DNA of 24,000 nucleotides from Psychromonas hadalis ATCC BAA-638 (GCF_000420245.1 NZ_ATUO01000002.1:10628-34627); one strand, 5' to 3'. Positions 1 to 8,987 are shown, counted from the first letter of the stretch. Translations and numbers: made by a program. The notes: a model not told the origin generated them from the sequence alone.

Positions 1-54
1 GAACAAAGCGCAAAAGTAGTGGCAAGTCAAATTATTAAATTACTGGATTTCTAA
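1..54 (+). CDS. aroK: shikimate kinase, 3' end only (gene runs off the left edge)
   Basis: Frame 1 reads [17 protein letters not shown] then TAA (52-54). This resembles the E. coli AroK C-terminus as I remember it (..AKVVANQIIHML..). The stop overlaps the aroB ATG (TAATG). aroK-aroB order is conserved in Gammaproteobacteria. Confidence 0.6.
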   Translation, partial: EQSAKVVASQIIKLLDF

Positions 55-1124
55 TGGATAAATTAACGGTTGATTTAGGCTCTCGTAGCTACCCGATCTC
101 AATTGGTGAAAACCTATTAGCGCAGAGCGATCTTTTTGCTACTGCCATCACGGGTAAAAAAGTGATGATTGTCACTAATGATATCGTTGCACCACTCTAT
201 TTAGAACGCTGTAAAAATAGTTTAAAACAGTTCGTGATTGATGAAATTATTTTACCTGATGGTGAAAAATATAAGACGTTAGCCACTTTTGAAACGATTT
301 TGAGTGCCCTGCTTGAGAAAAAACATGCACGTGATACCACTATTATCGCATTAGGTGGTGGTGTGATTGGTGATATGGCTGGGTTTGCTGCCTCTTGCTA
401 TCAGCGTGGCGTGCCATTTATTCAAGTGCCGACGACCGTATTATCACAAGTTGATTCATCTGTGGGTGGTAAAACGGCGGTGAACCACCCGCTTGGCAAA
501 AATATGATTGGTGCTTTTTATCAGCCACAAGCGGTTATTATTGATATTAATTGTCTGAAAACATTACCTAAGCGTGAATTTTCAGCAGGGATGGCGGAGG
601 TGATTAAATATGGCATTATTTATGATGCTAAATTCTTCGCTTGGCTTGAAGATAATGTGAGTGATATCAAATCACTACAGTCCAAAGCCATTACCTATAT
701 GATTAAGCGTTGTTGTGCAATCAAAGCAGAAATTGTAGCGCAAGATGAGAAAGAGCATGGTATACGTGCATTGCTTAATTTAGGCCATACTTTTGGTCAT
801 GCTATTGAAGCTGAGCAGGGTTATGGAAACTGGTTACATGGTGAAGCAGTTGCAGTCGGCATGGTACTTGCGGCTAAAACAGCACTCATTTTAGGGTTGT
901 TAGAACGCCCTCAGGTTGAGCAGATCATGCGACTTATTAAACAATTTGATCTTCCGCTGGATGGCCCCAAAAAAATGAATTATGAGCATTTTGCAAAACA
1001 TATGCAGCTTGATAAAAAAGTATTAAATGGACAATTACGATTAATTCTACCGACTGGCATTGGCAGTAGTGAAATCTATTCTGATGTTAGTGAAGCTGTG
1101 CTTCGTAGTGTAATTGAACATTAA
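54..1124 (+). CDS. aroB: 3-dehydroquinate synthase
   Basis: 356-aa ORF with a GGGVIGD glycine loop, the metal-site motif [11 protein letters not shown] and HGEAVAVG. It sits between the aroK tail and the damX-like gene, as in E. coli. Confidence 0.95.
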   Translation: MDKLTVDLGSRSYPISIGENLLAQSDLFATAITGKKVMIVTNDIVAPLYLERCKNSLKQFVIDEIILPDGEKYKTLATFETILSALLEKKHARDTTIIALGGGVIGDMAGFAASCYQRGVPFIQVPTTVLSQVDSSVGGKTAVNHPLGKNMIGAFYQPQAVIIDINCLKTLPKREFSAGMAEVIKYGIIYDAKFFAWLEDNVSDIKSLQSKAITYMIKRCCAIKAEIVAQDEKEHGIRALLNLGHTFGHAIEAEQGYGNWLHGEAVAVGMVLAAKTALILGLLERPQVEQIMRLIKQFDLPLDGPKKMNYEHFAKHMQLDKKVLNGQLRLILPTGIGSSEIYSDVSEAVLRSVIEH

Positions 1125-1129
1125 CCGTC

Positions 1130-2824
1130 ATGGTTGAGCGCACACTTATCTCATTTCCGTCGCAGGTGCAGCTTATTGAACGCCTGCAACATCTACTGTA
1201 TCTATCATCTTCGATGATCTTTATCTCAGGTGAAAAGGGCAGTGGTAAAAGCACGCTTATTGAACAGCTTTCCAATCAGTTACCCAATAAAACTTTGCAA
1301 GCTTTTATTTCACTTGCTGAGCCCATCTCTGCGTCTAAAATTCGTCAGCAAATTATTTCTCAGCTGTTTGAAGACCCACTCTTTGATGCTGATGCTAGTT
1401 TGCATGACACGTTACTTTTATTAAAAGATAAGCAACGCGCTGATATCGCGCGTATTGTGGTGATTGATAACGCAGAACTGTTGCCCGCATCTCTACTTAT
1501 TGAACTTTGTGATGTGATCAAACATAAATCACAGCTGAGTGAGAGTGAAATAAACTTTATTTTACTCAGTGGTGAGCAGACTAATAATCAGATGTTAGAT
1601 ACGATTAAAGGCACTGCAATTGCCACGTTAACGTTCAAGTTAGCTGCACTTAACCAGCAGGAAGCATCGCAATTATTACAACATAGTTTTGAGCAACTGG
1701 GTTACTCTCCCAAACTGCTGCATCAAGATGCACTGTTTAAGCAACTTTTATTATGCAATGGTATCCCGCAAAAAATATTGTTATTAGCCACAGAAATAAG
1801 CCAAGATGAGTTAGAGGATGTAAGTCCCTCTTGGTTTAAAACACGTTTTCCTGCACTATTGTTGATGCTTTTATTGGTGGCTATTGCAGGGGGTGGGGCT
1901 TTTTATCTTTATCCAAAATTTAATGCACCAAAAATTTCCCCAGAAATAATCATTGAAACTGACACTGTTTTATTAGATGAGATAGTGGCAACTGAGCTAA
2001 TTACCGATGTGTCTACTGAAATAAAGCAAACAGAAGAGTTAGCTGGGCAGTGGTCTAATGATAAAGAGGATATAATAGATAATCAATTAAGTGTGGGTGA
2101 AGCTGATAATAAGGAGCGAGTGACTATATCAGAACAGCAGTTACTTGAGCTAGCGCAACAAACCGATTCAATCGACGAGGTTGAAAATGAACCTCTGTCT
2201 GAAGTGAGCATTTTAGCAGTACAAAAACCTGTCGTAGAGAAGGTCGTTATAGAAAAACCTACTCTAGAAAAAATAAAGGCAGCTCAACAAGTTGAGCCTA
2301 TCACTTTAACTGAGTTTAAAGTTGAGCCTATCACTTTAACTGAGTTTAAAGTTAAGCCTATTACCTTCACTGAGTTTAAAATAGAGTCTGTTGCAGCGTC
2401 ACAATCCCCTGAAAAGCAGGTGATTATTGTACAAGCGATCACTGAGTTAGACGTTCCAATCGCCGTAGAAAAATTACAATCAGTACAACAGGTCAGTGAA
2501 CTTGCTGAAACAGATAGTATTTTTACTGACAAGGCTTTTTTGTTAGCGGTTAAACCTGAACTTTATACGCTGCAACTTTCTGCTATGAGCTCTGAAAAAT
2601 CACGACAAGAGTTTGCAGAAACACATCAATTACCACAAAAAGATGTTTACCTTTATCAAACCATTCGTAACGGAAAAAATTGGGTTGTGGTGATTTACGG
2701 TCAATTTAAAACGCGTCAAGAAGCGAATAAAATGGCTAAAAACTTGCCCAATAGCTTTGTTAATTTAGATAGCTGGGTCAAAAAATATGCAGCGGTACAT
2801 CGGGATCTACAGTTAAATGAGTAA
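1130..2824 (+). CDS. damX: DamX-position protein: N-terminal ExeA/MshM-like P-loop domain, one TM helix, acidic repeat-rich linker, C-terminal SPOR (peptidoglycan-binding) domain
   Basis: 564-aa ORF. Walker A is GEKGSGKST (aa 34-42) and the Walker-B-like stretch is IVVIDNAE (aa 109-116). The TM helix is FPALLLMLLLVAIAGGGAFYLY (around aa 240-262). The C-terminal YTLQLSAMSS...NWVVVIYGQFKTRQEANKMA is SPOR-like. Located between aroB and dam like E. coli damX. The symbol is given by position only. Confidence 0.75.
   Translation: MVERTLISFPSQVQLIERLQHLLYLSSSMIFISGEKGSGKSTLIEQLSNQLPNKTLQAFISLAEPISASKIRQQIISQLFEDPLFDADASLHDTLLLLKDKQRADIARIVVIDNAELLPASLLIELCDVIKHKSQLSESEINFILLSGEQTNNQMLDTIKGTAIATLTFKLAALNQQEASQLLQHSFEQLGYSPKLLHQDALFKQLLLCNGIPQKILLLATEISQDELEDVSPSWFKTRFPALLLMLLLVAIAGGGAFYLYPKFNAPKISPEIIIETDTVLLDEIVATELITDVSTEIKQTEELAGQWSNDKEDIIDNQLSVGEADNKERVTISEQQLLELAQQTDSIDEVENEPLSEVSILAVQKPVVEKVVIEKPTLEKIKAAQQVEPITLTEFKVEPITLTEFKVKPITFTEFKIESVAASQSPEKQVIIVQAITELDVPIAVEKLQSVQQVSELAETDSIFTDKAFLLAVKPELYTLQLSAMSSEKSRQEFAETHQLPQKDVYLYQTIRNGKNWVVVIYGQFKTRQEANKMAKNLPNSFVNLDSWVKKYAAVHRDLQLNE
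2291..2380 (+). repeat. 3 x 30-bp in-frame tandem repeat inside the damX-like gene (peptide VEPITLTEFK x2, then VKPITFTEFK)
   Basis: gttgagcctatcactttaactgagtttaaa occurs at 2291-2320 and identically at 2321-2350. The third unit, gttaagcctattaccttcactgagtttaaa (2351-2380), has a few substitutions. Confidence 0.9.
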
Positions 2825-3644
2825 ACAAAAACATCGTGCTTTTTTAAAGTGGGCTGGCGGGAAATATTCGCTAACAGAGCAGATAAATCTACGTTTACCA
2901 CCAGGAAAACGTTTGATCGAACCTTTTGTTGGTGCATGTTCAGTGTTCTTAAATAGCGACTTTGATGAATACCTGCTTAACGATATTAATGCCGATTTGA
3001 TTGCCATGTATAACATCATAAAACGTAAACCGAAGCAGTTTATCGAAGATGCGAAGCACTATTTTCAGCCTCAATATAATGATGAAGCTACCTATTATAA
3101 AATTCGTGAACAGTTTAACTTGTGCGACGATGCTTATCAGCGTTCACTGATGTTTTTATATATGAACCGTCATGGTTACAATGGCTTATGTCGTTATAAT
3201 CAAAGTGGTGGTTTTAACGTGCCATTTGGACGCTATAAAAAGCCCTATTTCCCAGAAAAAGAACTACTGTTTTTTGCTGAAAAAGCCAAAAAGGCGACCT
3301 TTGTTTGTAAGCCTTACCAAAAATTATTCCAGTATTTACGTGATGATGATGTGCTGTATTGTGATCCTCCGTATGTGCCACTAAGTAAAAGCGCCTCTTT
3401 TACAGGTTATGCCAAAGAAGGTTTTAGTTTAGATGATCAAGCTAATTTAGCGCGTCTTGCACGTGAATCAAAGTGTGCAGTATTACTGAGCAACCACGAC
3501 ACCATTTTAACGCAAGCGCTCTACCATGGCGCTATTTGCGATAAAATACAGGTGTCACGCACAATCAGTAGTAATACCAAAAATCGTGAACCCGTAGGTG
3601 AAGTATTTGCCCTGTTTAGTGCGATTACCGACAATAAAAAATAG
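2817..3644 (+). CDS. dam: DNA adenine (GATC-type) methyltransferase
   Basis: 275-aa ORF with N-terminal FLKWAGGK and the catalytic DPPY motif (YCDPPYVPL). The ATG overlaps the upstream stop (ATGAGTAA, 8-nt overlap). damX-dam-rpe context is conserved. Confidence 0.95.
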   Translation: MSKQKHRAFLKWAGGKYSLTEQINLRLPPGKRLIEPFVGACSVFLNSDFDEYLLNDINADLIAMYNIIKRKPKQFIEDAKHYFQPQYNDEATYYKIREQFNLCDDAYQRSLMFLYMNRHGYNGLCRYNQSGGFNVPFGRYKKPYFPEKELLFFAEKAKKATFVCKPYQKLFQYLRDDDVLYCDPPYVPLSKSASFTGYAKEGFSLDDQANLARLARESKCAVLLSNHDTILTQALYHGAICDKIQVSRTISSNTKNREPVGEVFALFSAITDNKK

Positions 3645-3717
3645 TCTGTTGTAGCCTTGCTGACTTGGCATTTTGAAGTATCATAGTGGCATCTTTTTCT
3701 GCCACTGGATGTAAACC

Positions 3718-4386
3718 ATGACCGATTACTTAATTGCCCCCTCTATCCTCTCTGCCGATTTCGCCCGTTTAGGTGAAGATGTTAAAAAAGTGCTTGCTGA
3801 TGGTGCTGACGTCGTTCATTTTGACGTGATGGATAACCATTATGTGCCGAACTTAACCATCGGTCCGATGGTCTGCAAAGCACTGCGCGATTACGGTATT
3901 ACGGCGCCCATTGATGTGCATCTAATGGTAAAACCCGTTGATACTATGATTGTTGATTTTGCTAAAGCGGGTGCGTCAATTATCACTTTCCATCCAGAAG
4001 CTTCTGAACATGTTGATCGTTCTCTGCAATTGATTAAAGATAACAACTGTAAAGCAGGTTTAGTGTTAAACCCTGCGACTTCACTTGATGTGTTAACGCA
4101 TGTAATGGACAGACTTGATGTTATTCTCCTCATGTCGGTTAACCCAGGATTTGGCGGACAATCTTTTATCCCGCATACCCTTGAAAAGCTACGCCAAGTT
4201 AAAAAACTCATCGAAGCAAGTGGTCGTGATATTCGTCTACAAGTTGATGGTGGCGTTAAGGTTGATAATATTAAAGAGATTGCACAGGCGGGCGCAGATA
4301 TGTTTGTGGCAGGCTCAGCTATCTTCAATCAGCCTGACTATAAAACGGTCATCGATGAGATGCGTAGCGAGCTTGCAAACGTTTAA
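3718..4386 (+). CDS. rpe: ribulose-phosphate 3-epimerase
   Basis: 222-aa ORF with [21 protein letters not shown] and [12 protein letters not shown] motifs. Conserved position after dam. Confidence 0.95.
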   Translation: MTDYLIAPSILSADFARLGEDVKKVLADGADVVHFDVMDNHYVPNLTIGPMVCKALRDYGITAPIDVHLMVKPVDTMIVDFAKAGASIITFHPEASEHVDRSLQLIKDNNCKAGLVLNPATSLDVLTHVMDRLDVILLMSVNPGFGGQSFIPHTLEKLRQVKKLIEASGRDIRLQVDGGVKVDNIKEIAQAGADMFVAGSAIFNQPDYKTVIDEMRSELANV

Positions 4387-5048
4387 TGGCTAAAATAGAA
4401 AATATTAAACTTATCTGTTTTGATTTAGATGGTACGTTAGTGGATAGCGTACCAGATTTGCGTTTAGCATTGAATGCGATGCTCGATGAATTTCAGCTGT
4501 CACATTGCCATGATCAGCAGATAAAAACGTGGGTAGGTAACGGTTTACTTAAATTGGTCGAACGTGCCTTGGTGCATGCCGATAACCAAATTGTTACACA
4601 AAGTGATGCGTTTAATTGTTTTGAAAAACATTATCAGCACTATCTGAATAGCGCGTCCTGCTTATATCCTGATGTTGCTCATACTTTGAAAACACTAAAA
4701 AGTAGAGGTTATCGTACTGCGCTTATCACCAATAAAGCAGAGCGATTTTTGCCTGAATTATTAAAATATTTTAACATTGAAGAACATTTCGATCTGGTGA
4801 TTGGCGGTGATACATTAACCAAAAATAAACCCGATCCAATGCCGGTGAATTTTGCACTTGAGCACTTTTCAGTAGATAAATCACAGGCAGTGATGGTCGG
4901 TGACTCAAAAAACGATATTTTAGCAGGACAAAATGCCGGCTTGTTAAGCATTGCATTAACCTACGGTTATAACTATGGTGAGCCTGTTTCATTGTTAAAC
5001 CCAGATTATATTATCGATCAATTCAACGAATTATTAACGCTATTGTAA
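4386..5048 (+). CDS. gph: phosphoglycolate phosphatase (HAD superfamily)
   Basis: 220-aa ORF with HAD motif I FDLDGTLVDS and motif IV GDSKNDI. TAATG overlap with the rpe stop. rpe-gph-trpS order as in E. coli. Confidence 0.85.
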   Translation: MAKIENIKLICFDLDGTLVDSVPDLRLALNAMLDEFQLSHCHDQQIKTWVGNGLLKLVERALVHADNQIVTQSDAFNCFEKHYQHYLNSASCLYPDVAHTLKTLKSRGYRTALITNKAERFLPELLKYFNIEEHFDLVIGGDTLTKNKPDPMPVNFALEHFSVDKSQAVMVGDSKNDILAGQNAGLLSIALTYGYNYGEPVSLLNPDYIIDQFNELLTLL

Positions 5049-5066
5049 GCGTGCAAGGAAGTTAAA

Positions 5067-6068
5067 ATGACTAAACCAATTGTATTAAGTGGCTGCCAGC
5101 CATCAGGTTCATTAACTATCGGTAACTACATGGGCGCACTGCGTCAATGGGTGACCATGCAAGAAACCAGTGACTGCCTATTTATGTTGGTAGATCTACA
5201 TGCGATTACCGTACGCCAAGATCCCAAAGCACTGCGTAGCGCAATCTACGATGGTTTAGCCATGTATCAAGCAGTGGGTATCGACCCACAAAAAAGCATT
5301 ATGTTTATCCAGTCACAAGTACCAGAGCATGCTGAGCTTTGTTGGATCTTAAACTGTTATACACAAATGGGTGAGCTGAATCGCATGACCCAGTTTAAAG
5401 ATAAATCACAAAAGAATGTCACTAATATTAATGCTGGTTTGTATAGTTACCCAGTATTGATGGCCGCCGATATTTTACTTTATGGTCCGAAACACGTACC
5501 AGTAGGCAGCGACCAAAAACAGCACCTTGAACTAGCGCGTGATATTGCTACCCGTTTTAATAATGCTTACGGTGATACCTTTGTGGTGCCAGAGCCCGCT
5601 ATTCCAGAGCACGGTGCGCGCATTATGAGCCTGCAAGATCCCACTAAGAAGATGTCTAAATCAGATGAAAATGTAAAAAACTTTATCGGGTTATTAGAAG
5701 ATCCAAAAGTGATTGCTAAGAAGATCAAAGCGGCGGCAACCGACTCTGATGAAAAAGCGCGTATCTACTTTGATAAAGTTGAAAAGCCGGGTATCTCTAA
5801 TCTACTGACACTGCTTTCTTGCTCAACAGGTACCAGTATTGAAAGCCTTATTCCGCAATATGAAGGGAAAATGTATGGGCATCTGAAAATCGATACTGCC
5901 GATGCGGTAGTGAGCCTGTTAGCGCCAATTCAAGCACGTTTCAAAATGTTACGTGCTGATGAACCTGCATTACAAGCGGTTGCTCGAGCCGGTGCTGAAA
6001 AAGCGCGTGAACGTGCTGCCGTTACACTTGCAACCGTTTATGATCGCGTTGGATTTTTACCAAAATAA
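5067..6068 (+). CDS. trpS: tryptophan--tRNA ligase
   Basis: 333-aa class I aaRS with [10 protein letters not shown] (HIGH-region variant) and an exact KMSKS. AAGGAAG Shine-Dalgarno upstream. Confidence 0.95.
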   Translation: MTKPIVLSGCQPSGSLTIGNYMGALRQWVTMQETSDCLFMLVDLHAITVRQDPKALRSAIYDGLAMYQAVGIDPQKSIMFIQSQVPEHAELCWILNCYTQMGELNRMTQFKDKSQKNVTNINAGLYSYPVLMAADILLYGPKHVPVGSDQKQHLELARDIATRFNNAYGDTFVVPEPAIPEHGARIMSLQDPTKKMSKSDENVKNFIGLLEDPKVIAKKIKAAATDSDEKARIYFDKVEKPGISNLLTLLSCSTGTSIESLIPQYEGKMYGHLKIDTADAVVSLLAPIQARFKMLRADEPALQAVARAGAEKARERAAVTLATVYDRVGFLPK

Positions 6069-6091
6069 TAACCATTAATTAACCCTACTTT

Positions 6092-6119
6092 AAAAGGCCA
6101 ACTATGTTGGTCTTTTTTG
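6092..6119 (+). terminator. Rho-independent terminator of the aro-dam-trpS operon
   Basis: Stem GGCCAAC (6096-6102) pairs with GTTGGTC (6106-6112), with one G-U pair and a 3-nt loop. It is followed by TTTTTT (6113-6118), about 25 nt after the trpS stop. Confidence 0.6.
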
Positions 6120-6279
6120 TGTTTGTTTAGTGCCTTTTTAAGGTGTTGTAATTTAAATTAAGTGCAAAGAGTAGGTGAGCCAGATATCAAAAGGTGACAA
6201 TAAGTTGTTGTCATAAAATTATTTACTTTATAATGCTTACAAATTTTGTTAATTAACTATTTTATAAAAAGGAATTTAT

Positions 6280-7878
6280 ATGCGATATTTACCTCTTTCA
6301 GCGATAGCGTTATCTGCATTATTGCTCACAGCCTGTGGTGGAAGCTTAGAGGGAGGTGAAGGGACAGATCCGACTCCTACCCCAGAGCCAACTGGTGAGC
6401 CGACTCCTACCCCAGAGCCGAATGTACCACTTCCTGCTGAGCCAGGTGTGCCTGCATCATTTGTCTACATTGGAGCAACACCCTCGTGGATTGCTGTTAA
6501 AGGGACTGGTGGTGCAGGTCGCCAAGAATCAAGTCTTGTTGGCTTCAAACTAATTGATCGTAATGGTGAAGCTGTTGAGAATGTTGATGTAGACTTTTCC
6601 CTTGTTGCACCAGCAGGCACCTCAATTGATCCATCAACAGGTACAACAAATGCAGACGGTATTGTGAGTACTACCGTTTTATCGGGTACGGTTAGTGGCC
6701 CTGTGCGTGTGAATGTTACTACTGATAGTGGCATTACTACGGTGTCAGATAGTCTTTCGGTTTCAACAGGATTACCTGATCAAGATAGTATCTCCCTCTC
6801 TTTTTCAACAAATGCACCCGAAGCACTAAAGATTGATGGTGTGACCTCTGCGATAACCATTCGTTTAGCAGATAAATATAATAACGCTGTTCCTGATGGC
6901 ACTATGATCTACTTTACTACAGAGGGTGGTGCAATCCGTGATGAAGCGACGGGAACTCATGGTTCATGCTTAACGGTGGCTAGTAAATGCTCGTTAGTCT
7001 GGGAATCACAAAATCCACGCCCTAAAGGGAATGAGCTTCATCAGTTTAAAAATGGTTGTGCAGCTTGGGCGTACGGTGAAAGAGTTGATTTCGGCCCTTG
7101 TATTAATGCAGGAGGCATGGGAAGACCTTATGGTGGTCGCGCTACGATTACTGCATATACACTAGGTGAAGAAATTTTTGTAGATAATGATGCAGATGGT
7201 TGGTTTACTGCTGGGGATGATTTCTTTGCCAAAAATAATCTTTCAGAAGTTTTTTATGATCATAATGAAGATGGTTTTTATAAAGAAGAATCAAGTGCAA
7301 TAAATATAGGAGATGAAGAAGAGGGGTATGCTGATTTATCACCTCAAGATGGTGTTTATTCAGACGGTAGTGAGTCCGATTATAATAAATATAATGGATT
7401 ATTATGTGCGCTAGAAAGTGAAAAAGCAGGGTTATGTTCACGTAAACCTGTTTATGTGCGCGCCTCTGGTGTAATGACAATGGCTGCGAGTGTGCCTTAT
7501 ATTCGTGTACAAAATGGAGGGATTGATACTGGTAGCATTGATTTAAGGGGAACGAATGCACAGCAAGATTTAACTGTTTACCTAGCGGGTATCTATAATA
7601 ATGCGCCACCATCAGGTACCACGGTTGTGGTAAGTACTGATAACGGTGAGCTATCAGGACCAACTGATTGGCTTATCGGCGGTGCTTCATCAAATATTGA
7701 TGGTGTATTACCTTTTTTGTTTACGTTTACGATAACCCAAGAAGAGTCTCCAAATAAGAAAACTAGCGGTAAACTTTCAATTGTTATTACCACGCCAGGC
7801 GGTAACGGTATTGCAAGTACAATTACGACTTATACAATGAACGTATATGATGATGCTCCTCCAGAGGCTACACCTTAA
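6280..7878 (+). CDS. Lipoprotein with Pro/Thr-rich tether, bacterial Ig-like (Big_1/invasin-type) repeats and a Cys/Asp-rich C-terminal region
   Basis: 532-aa ORF. Signal peptide with lipobox LLTAC|GGS. Linker is TDPTPTPEPTGEPTPTPEPN. FKLIDRNGEAVENVDVDFS...TTNADGIVSTTVLSGTVSGPVRVNVTT and ITIRLADKYNNAVPDGTMIYFTTEGG look like Big_1 repeats. Three close Cys pairs. DNDADG and DHNEDG are Ca-binding-like motifs. AAGGA Shine-Dalgarno, with terminators on both sides. Confidence 0.7.
   Translation: MRYLPLSAIALSALLLTACGGSLEGGEGTDPTPTPEPTGEPTPTPEPNVPLPAEPGVPASFVYIGATPSWIAVKGTGGAGRQESSLVGFKLIDRNGEAVENVDVDFSLVAPAGTSIDPSTGTTNADGIVSTTVLSGTVSGPVRVNVTTDSGITTVSDSLSVSTGLPDQDSISLSFSTNAPEALKIDGVTSAITIRLADKYNNAVPDGTMIYFTTEGGAIRDEATGTHGSCLTVASKCSLVWESQNPRPKGNELHQFKNGCAAWAYGERVDFGPCINAGGMGRPYGGRATITAYTLGEEIFVDNDADGWFTAGDDFFAKNNLSEVFYDHNEDGFYKEESSAINIGDEEEGYADLSPQDGVYSDGSESDYNKYNGLLCALESEKAGLCSRKPVYVRASGVMTMAASVPYIRVQNGGIDTGSIDLRGTNAQQDLTVYLAGIYNNAPPSGTTVVVSTDNGELSGPTDWLIGGASSNIDGVLPFLFTFTITQEESPNKKTSGKLSIVITTPGGNGIASTITTYTMNVYDDAPPEATP
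6370..6419 (+). repeat. Duplicated 20-mer at 30-bp spacing encoding the PTPTPEP linker
   Basis: ccgactcctaccccagagcc occurs at 6370-6389 and again at 6400-6419. Confidence 0.8.
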
Positions 7879-7897
7879 TTTTTAAAATTAGGCAAAT

Positions 7898-7923
7898 AAA
7901 AAAGGAGCCTCGGCTCCTTTTTT
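7898..7923. terminator. Bidirectional Rho-independent terminator between the convergent lipoprotein gene and the yjf-like operon
   Basis: AAAAAA-GGAGCC-tc-GGCTCC-TTTTTT. The GC stem is 7904-7909 / 7912-7917, flanked by an A-run on one side and a T-run on the other, so it reads as a terminator on either strand. Confidence 0.65.
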
Positions 7924-7945
7924 ATTGCAACAAATAAACCAACAA

Positions 7946-8284
7946 TCAGCTCTTATGGAACTCACTCTGCAGTGCAAACTGGGTTAACTCTTCAATCACC
8001 TGTTTTTTAATCTCTAACTGCTCACTGGCAGGAATCTCATAACGTTTGCTTAATAACTGGTAATCTTCACCATTTAAACTAACCGTCAAACGCGGGCGCT
8101 TAGGCTTTTTGTGAGTGGGCAATTCAAGTAGATGACGGATCTGTTCTGAAGGGCTCACGCCTTTGTCGAGCGCGCTACGACGAATGCTATATTGCAGTTT
8201 ACTGTCCATATCAAAGGCAATCTGTACCGCTTTTACAACTTTGGCTGATTGTTGCCATTTTTCAGGTAATTTACGTTGTGGCAC
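7946..8284 (-). CDS. Hypothetical 112-aa protein, predicted tandem ribbon-helix-helix (RHH) DNA-binding fold
   Basis: GTG start preceded by AAGGAG at 7-nt spacing, 37 nt downstream of the yjfK-like gene and followed by the terminator at 7898-7923. Two segments have the strand-helix-turn-helix pattern of RHH proteins: VQIAFDMDSKLQYSIRRSALDKGVSPSEQIRHLLEL and RLTVSLNGEDYQLLSKRYEIPASEQLEIKKQVIEEL. The fold call is my inference, not a database hit. Confidence 0.6.
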   Translation of the reverse strand: MPQRKLPEKWQQSAKVVKAVQIAFDMDSKLQYSIRRSALDKGVSPSEQIRHLLELPTHKKPKRPRLTVSLNGEDYQLLSKRYEIPASEQLEIKKQVIEELTQFALQSEFHKS

Positions 8285-8321
8285 TGTTATTCTCCTTTGA
8301 TTTCATTATTAACCCTACTCT

Positions 8322-8966
8322 TTATTCTTTTATCCACAATTCAGCAATTTCATTCGCAGGTCGCAGGAATGAAAGGTACACATCTGTGTCACCATTTTCA
8401 AATATAAATATGTCTACAAAACGTGTTTCTTGACTACCTTGTAGTGAATAGAACTCAAACTCTTGGCCATGTTTATCTTCATTAAATTGTGGTGGTGTTG
8501 CTCCACGGTAATCTTGACGATGCAGATAACCCGTGGTCATAAAATCTTGTTGAATATATTCGTCTGCAACCATGTCAGCATAATGATGATTATTGGTTAA
8601 TGGCTTTAAGCGTGCGTTGCCCGGTTGCTCAAAGATTTCTGAAAAATCGTCCATATCAAACAATGCTTCAACATCTTCGCGGGGCAATAGTAAGCTAAAT
8701 TTAACTAATTTTTGCGGGTTGTTAGGAAAGCTAAGATAAACCAGTTGTTTACCACTGCCTTGGCCTATTATCTGCGCATGGTGTTCATGTTTGAATTCAA
8801 GCGTGTTGATATCTGTGACTTGCAGTTGCATTTTACGCATCGCTTGGGGCAATGCGAAGCTATCACCAAAGGTAAAAATATCATTTAACTGCAATTCAGA
8901 CGGATGATTAAGCGTGCGTGTTGGCACTGGCTGTTTTTTAGCAAACAGCGATTTGAAAAAACTCAT
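8322..8966 (-). CDS. yjfK: YjfK-like protein (DUF2491 family, assigned by position and size)
   Basis: 214-aa ORF immediately after the PspA/IM30 (yjfJ-like) gene, matching the E. coli yjfI-yjfJ-yjfK order and the roughly 219-aa size of YjfK as I remember them. GAGGG Shine-Dalgarno. Confidence 0.55.
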   Translation of the reverse strand: MSFFKSLFAKKQPVPTRTLNHPSELQLNDIFTFGDSFALPQAMRKMQLQVTDINTLEFKHEHHAQIIGQGSGKQLVYLSFPNNPQKLVKFSLLLPREDVEALFDMDDFSEIFEQPGNARLKPLTNNHHYADMVADEYIQQDFMTTGYLHRQDYRGATPPQFNEDKHGQEFEFYSLQGSQETRFVDIFIFENGDTDVYLSFLRPANEIAELWIKE

Positions 8967-8987
8967 CGATATACCCTCTTTTAAAAT

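Noticed and set aside
2817-3644. Possibility that dam marks a restriction-modification or defence locus
   Set aside because: It sits in the conserved housekeeping aroKB-damX-dam-rpe-gph-trpS operon. No adjacent endonuclease, specificity subunit or ATPase gene is present. It is an orphan Dam.
3657-3706. Possible internal promoter (TTGCTG-N16-TATCAT) and 7-bp hairpin (AGTGGCA/TGCCACT) between dam and rpe
   Set aside because: Both hexamers are imperfect, and the hairpin has an 8-nt loop and no U-tract. It is plausible but not supportable as a feature from sequence alone.
6208-6234. TTGTCA ... TATAAT upstream of the lipoprotein gene as its promoter
   Set aside because: The spacer is only 15 nt by my count, which is short for sigma70. 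It is left unannotated.
7205-7663. 152-aa antisense ORF inside the lipoprotein gene, plus other antisense or out-of-frame track ORFs (e.g. 1087-1275, 1230-1424, 2284-2532, 2716-3019, 3891-4328, 4709-4992, 6465-6734, 10466-10861, 12788-13117, 14615-14972, 16297-16812, 19954-20378, 21253-21435, 21737-21919)
   Set aside because: They are shadow ORFs fully embedded in well-supported genes. Their composition is skewed and low-complexity, they have no ribosome-binding sites and no recognisable motifs.
8330-8338. Perfect DnaA box TTATCCACA
   Set aside because: It is a single copy inside the yjfK-like coding sequence. One 9-mer match in 24 kb on two strands is not far from chance expectation. There is no cluster and no AT-rich unwinding element.
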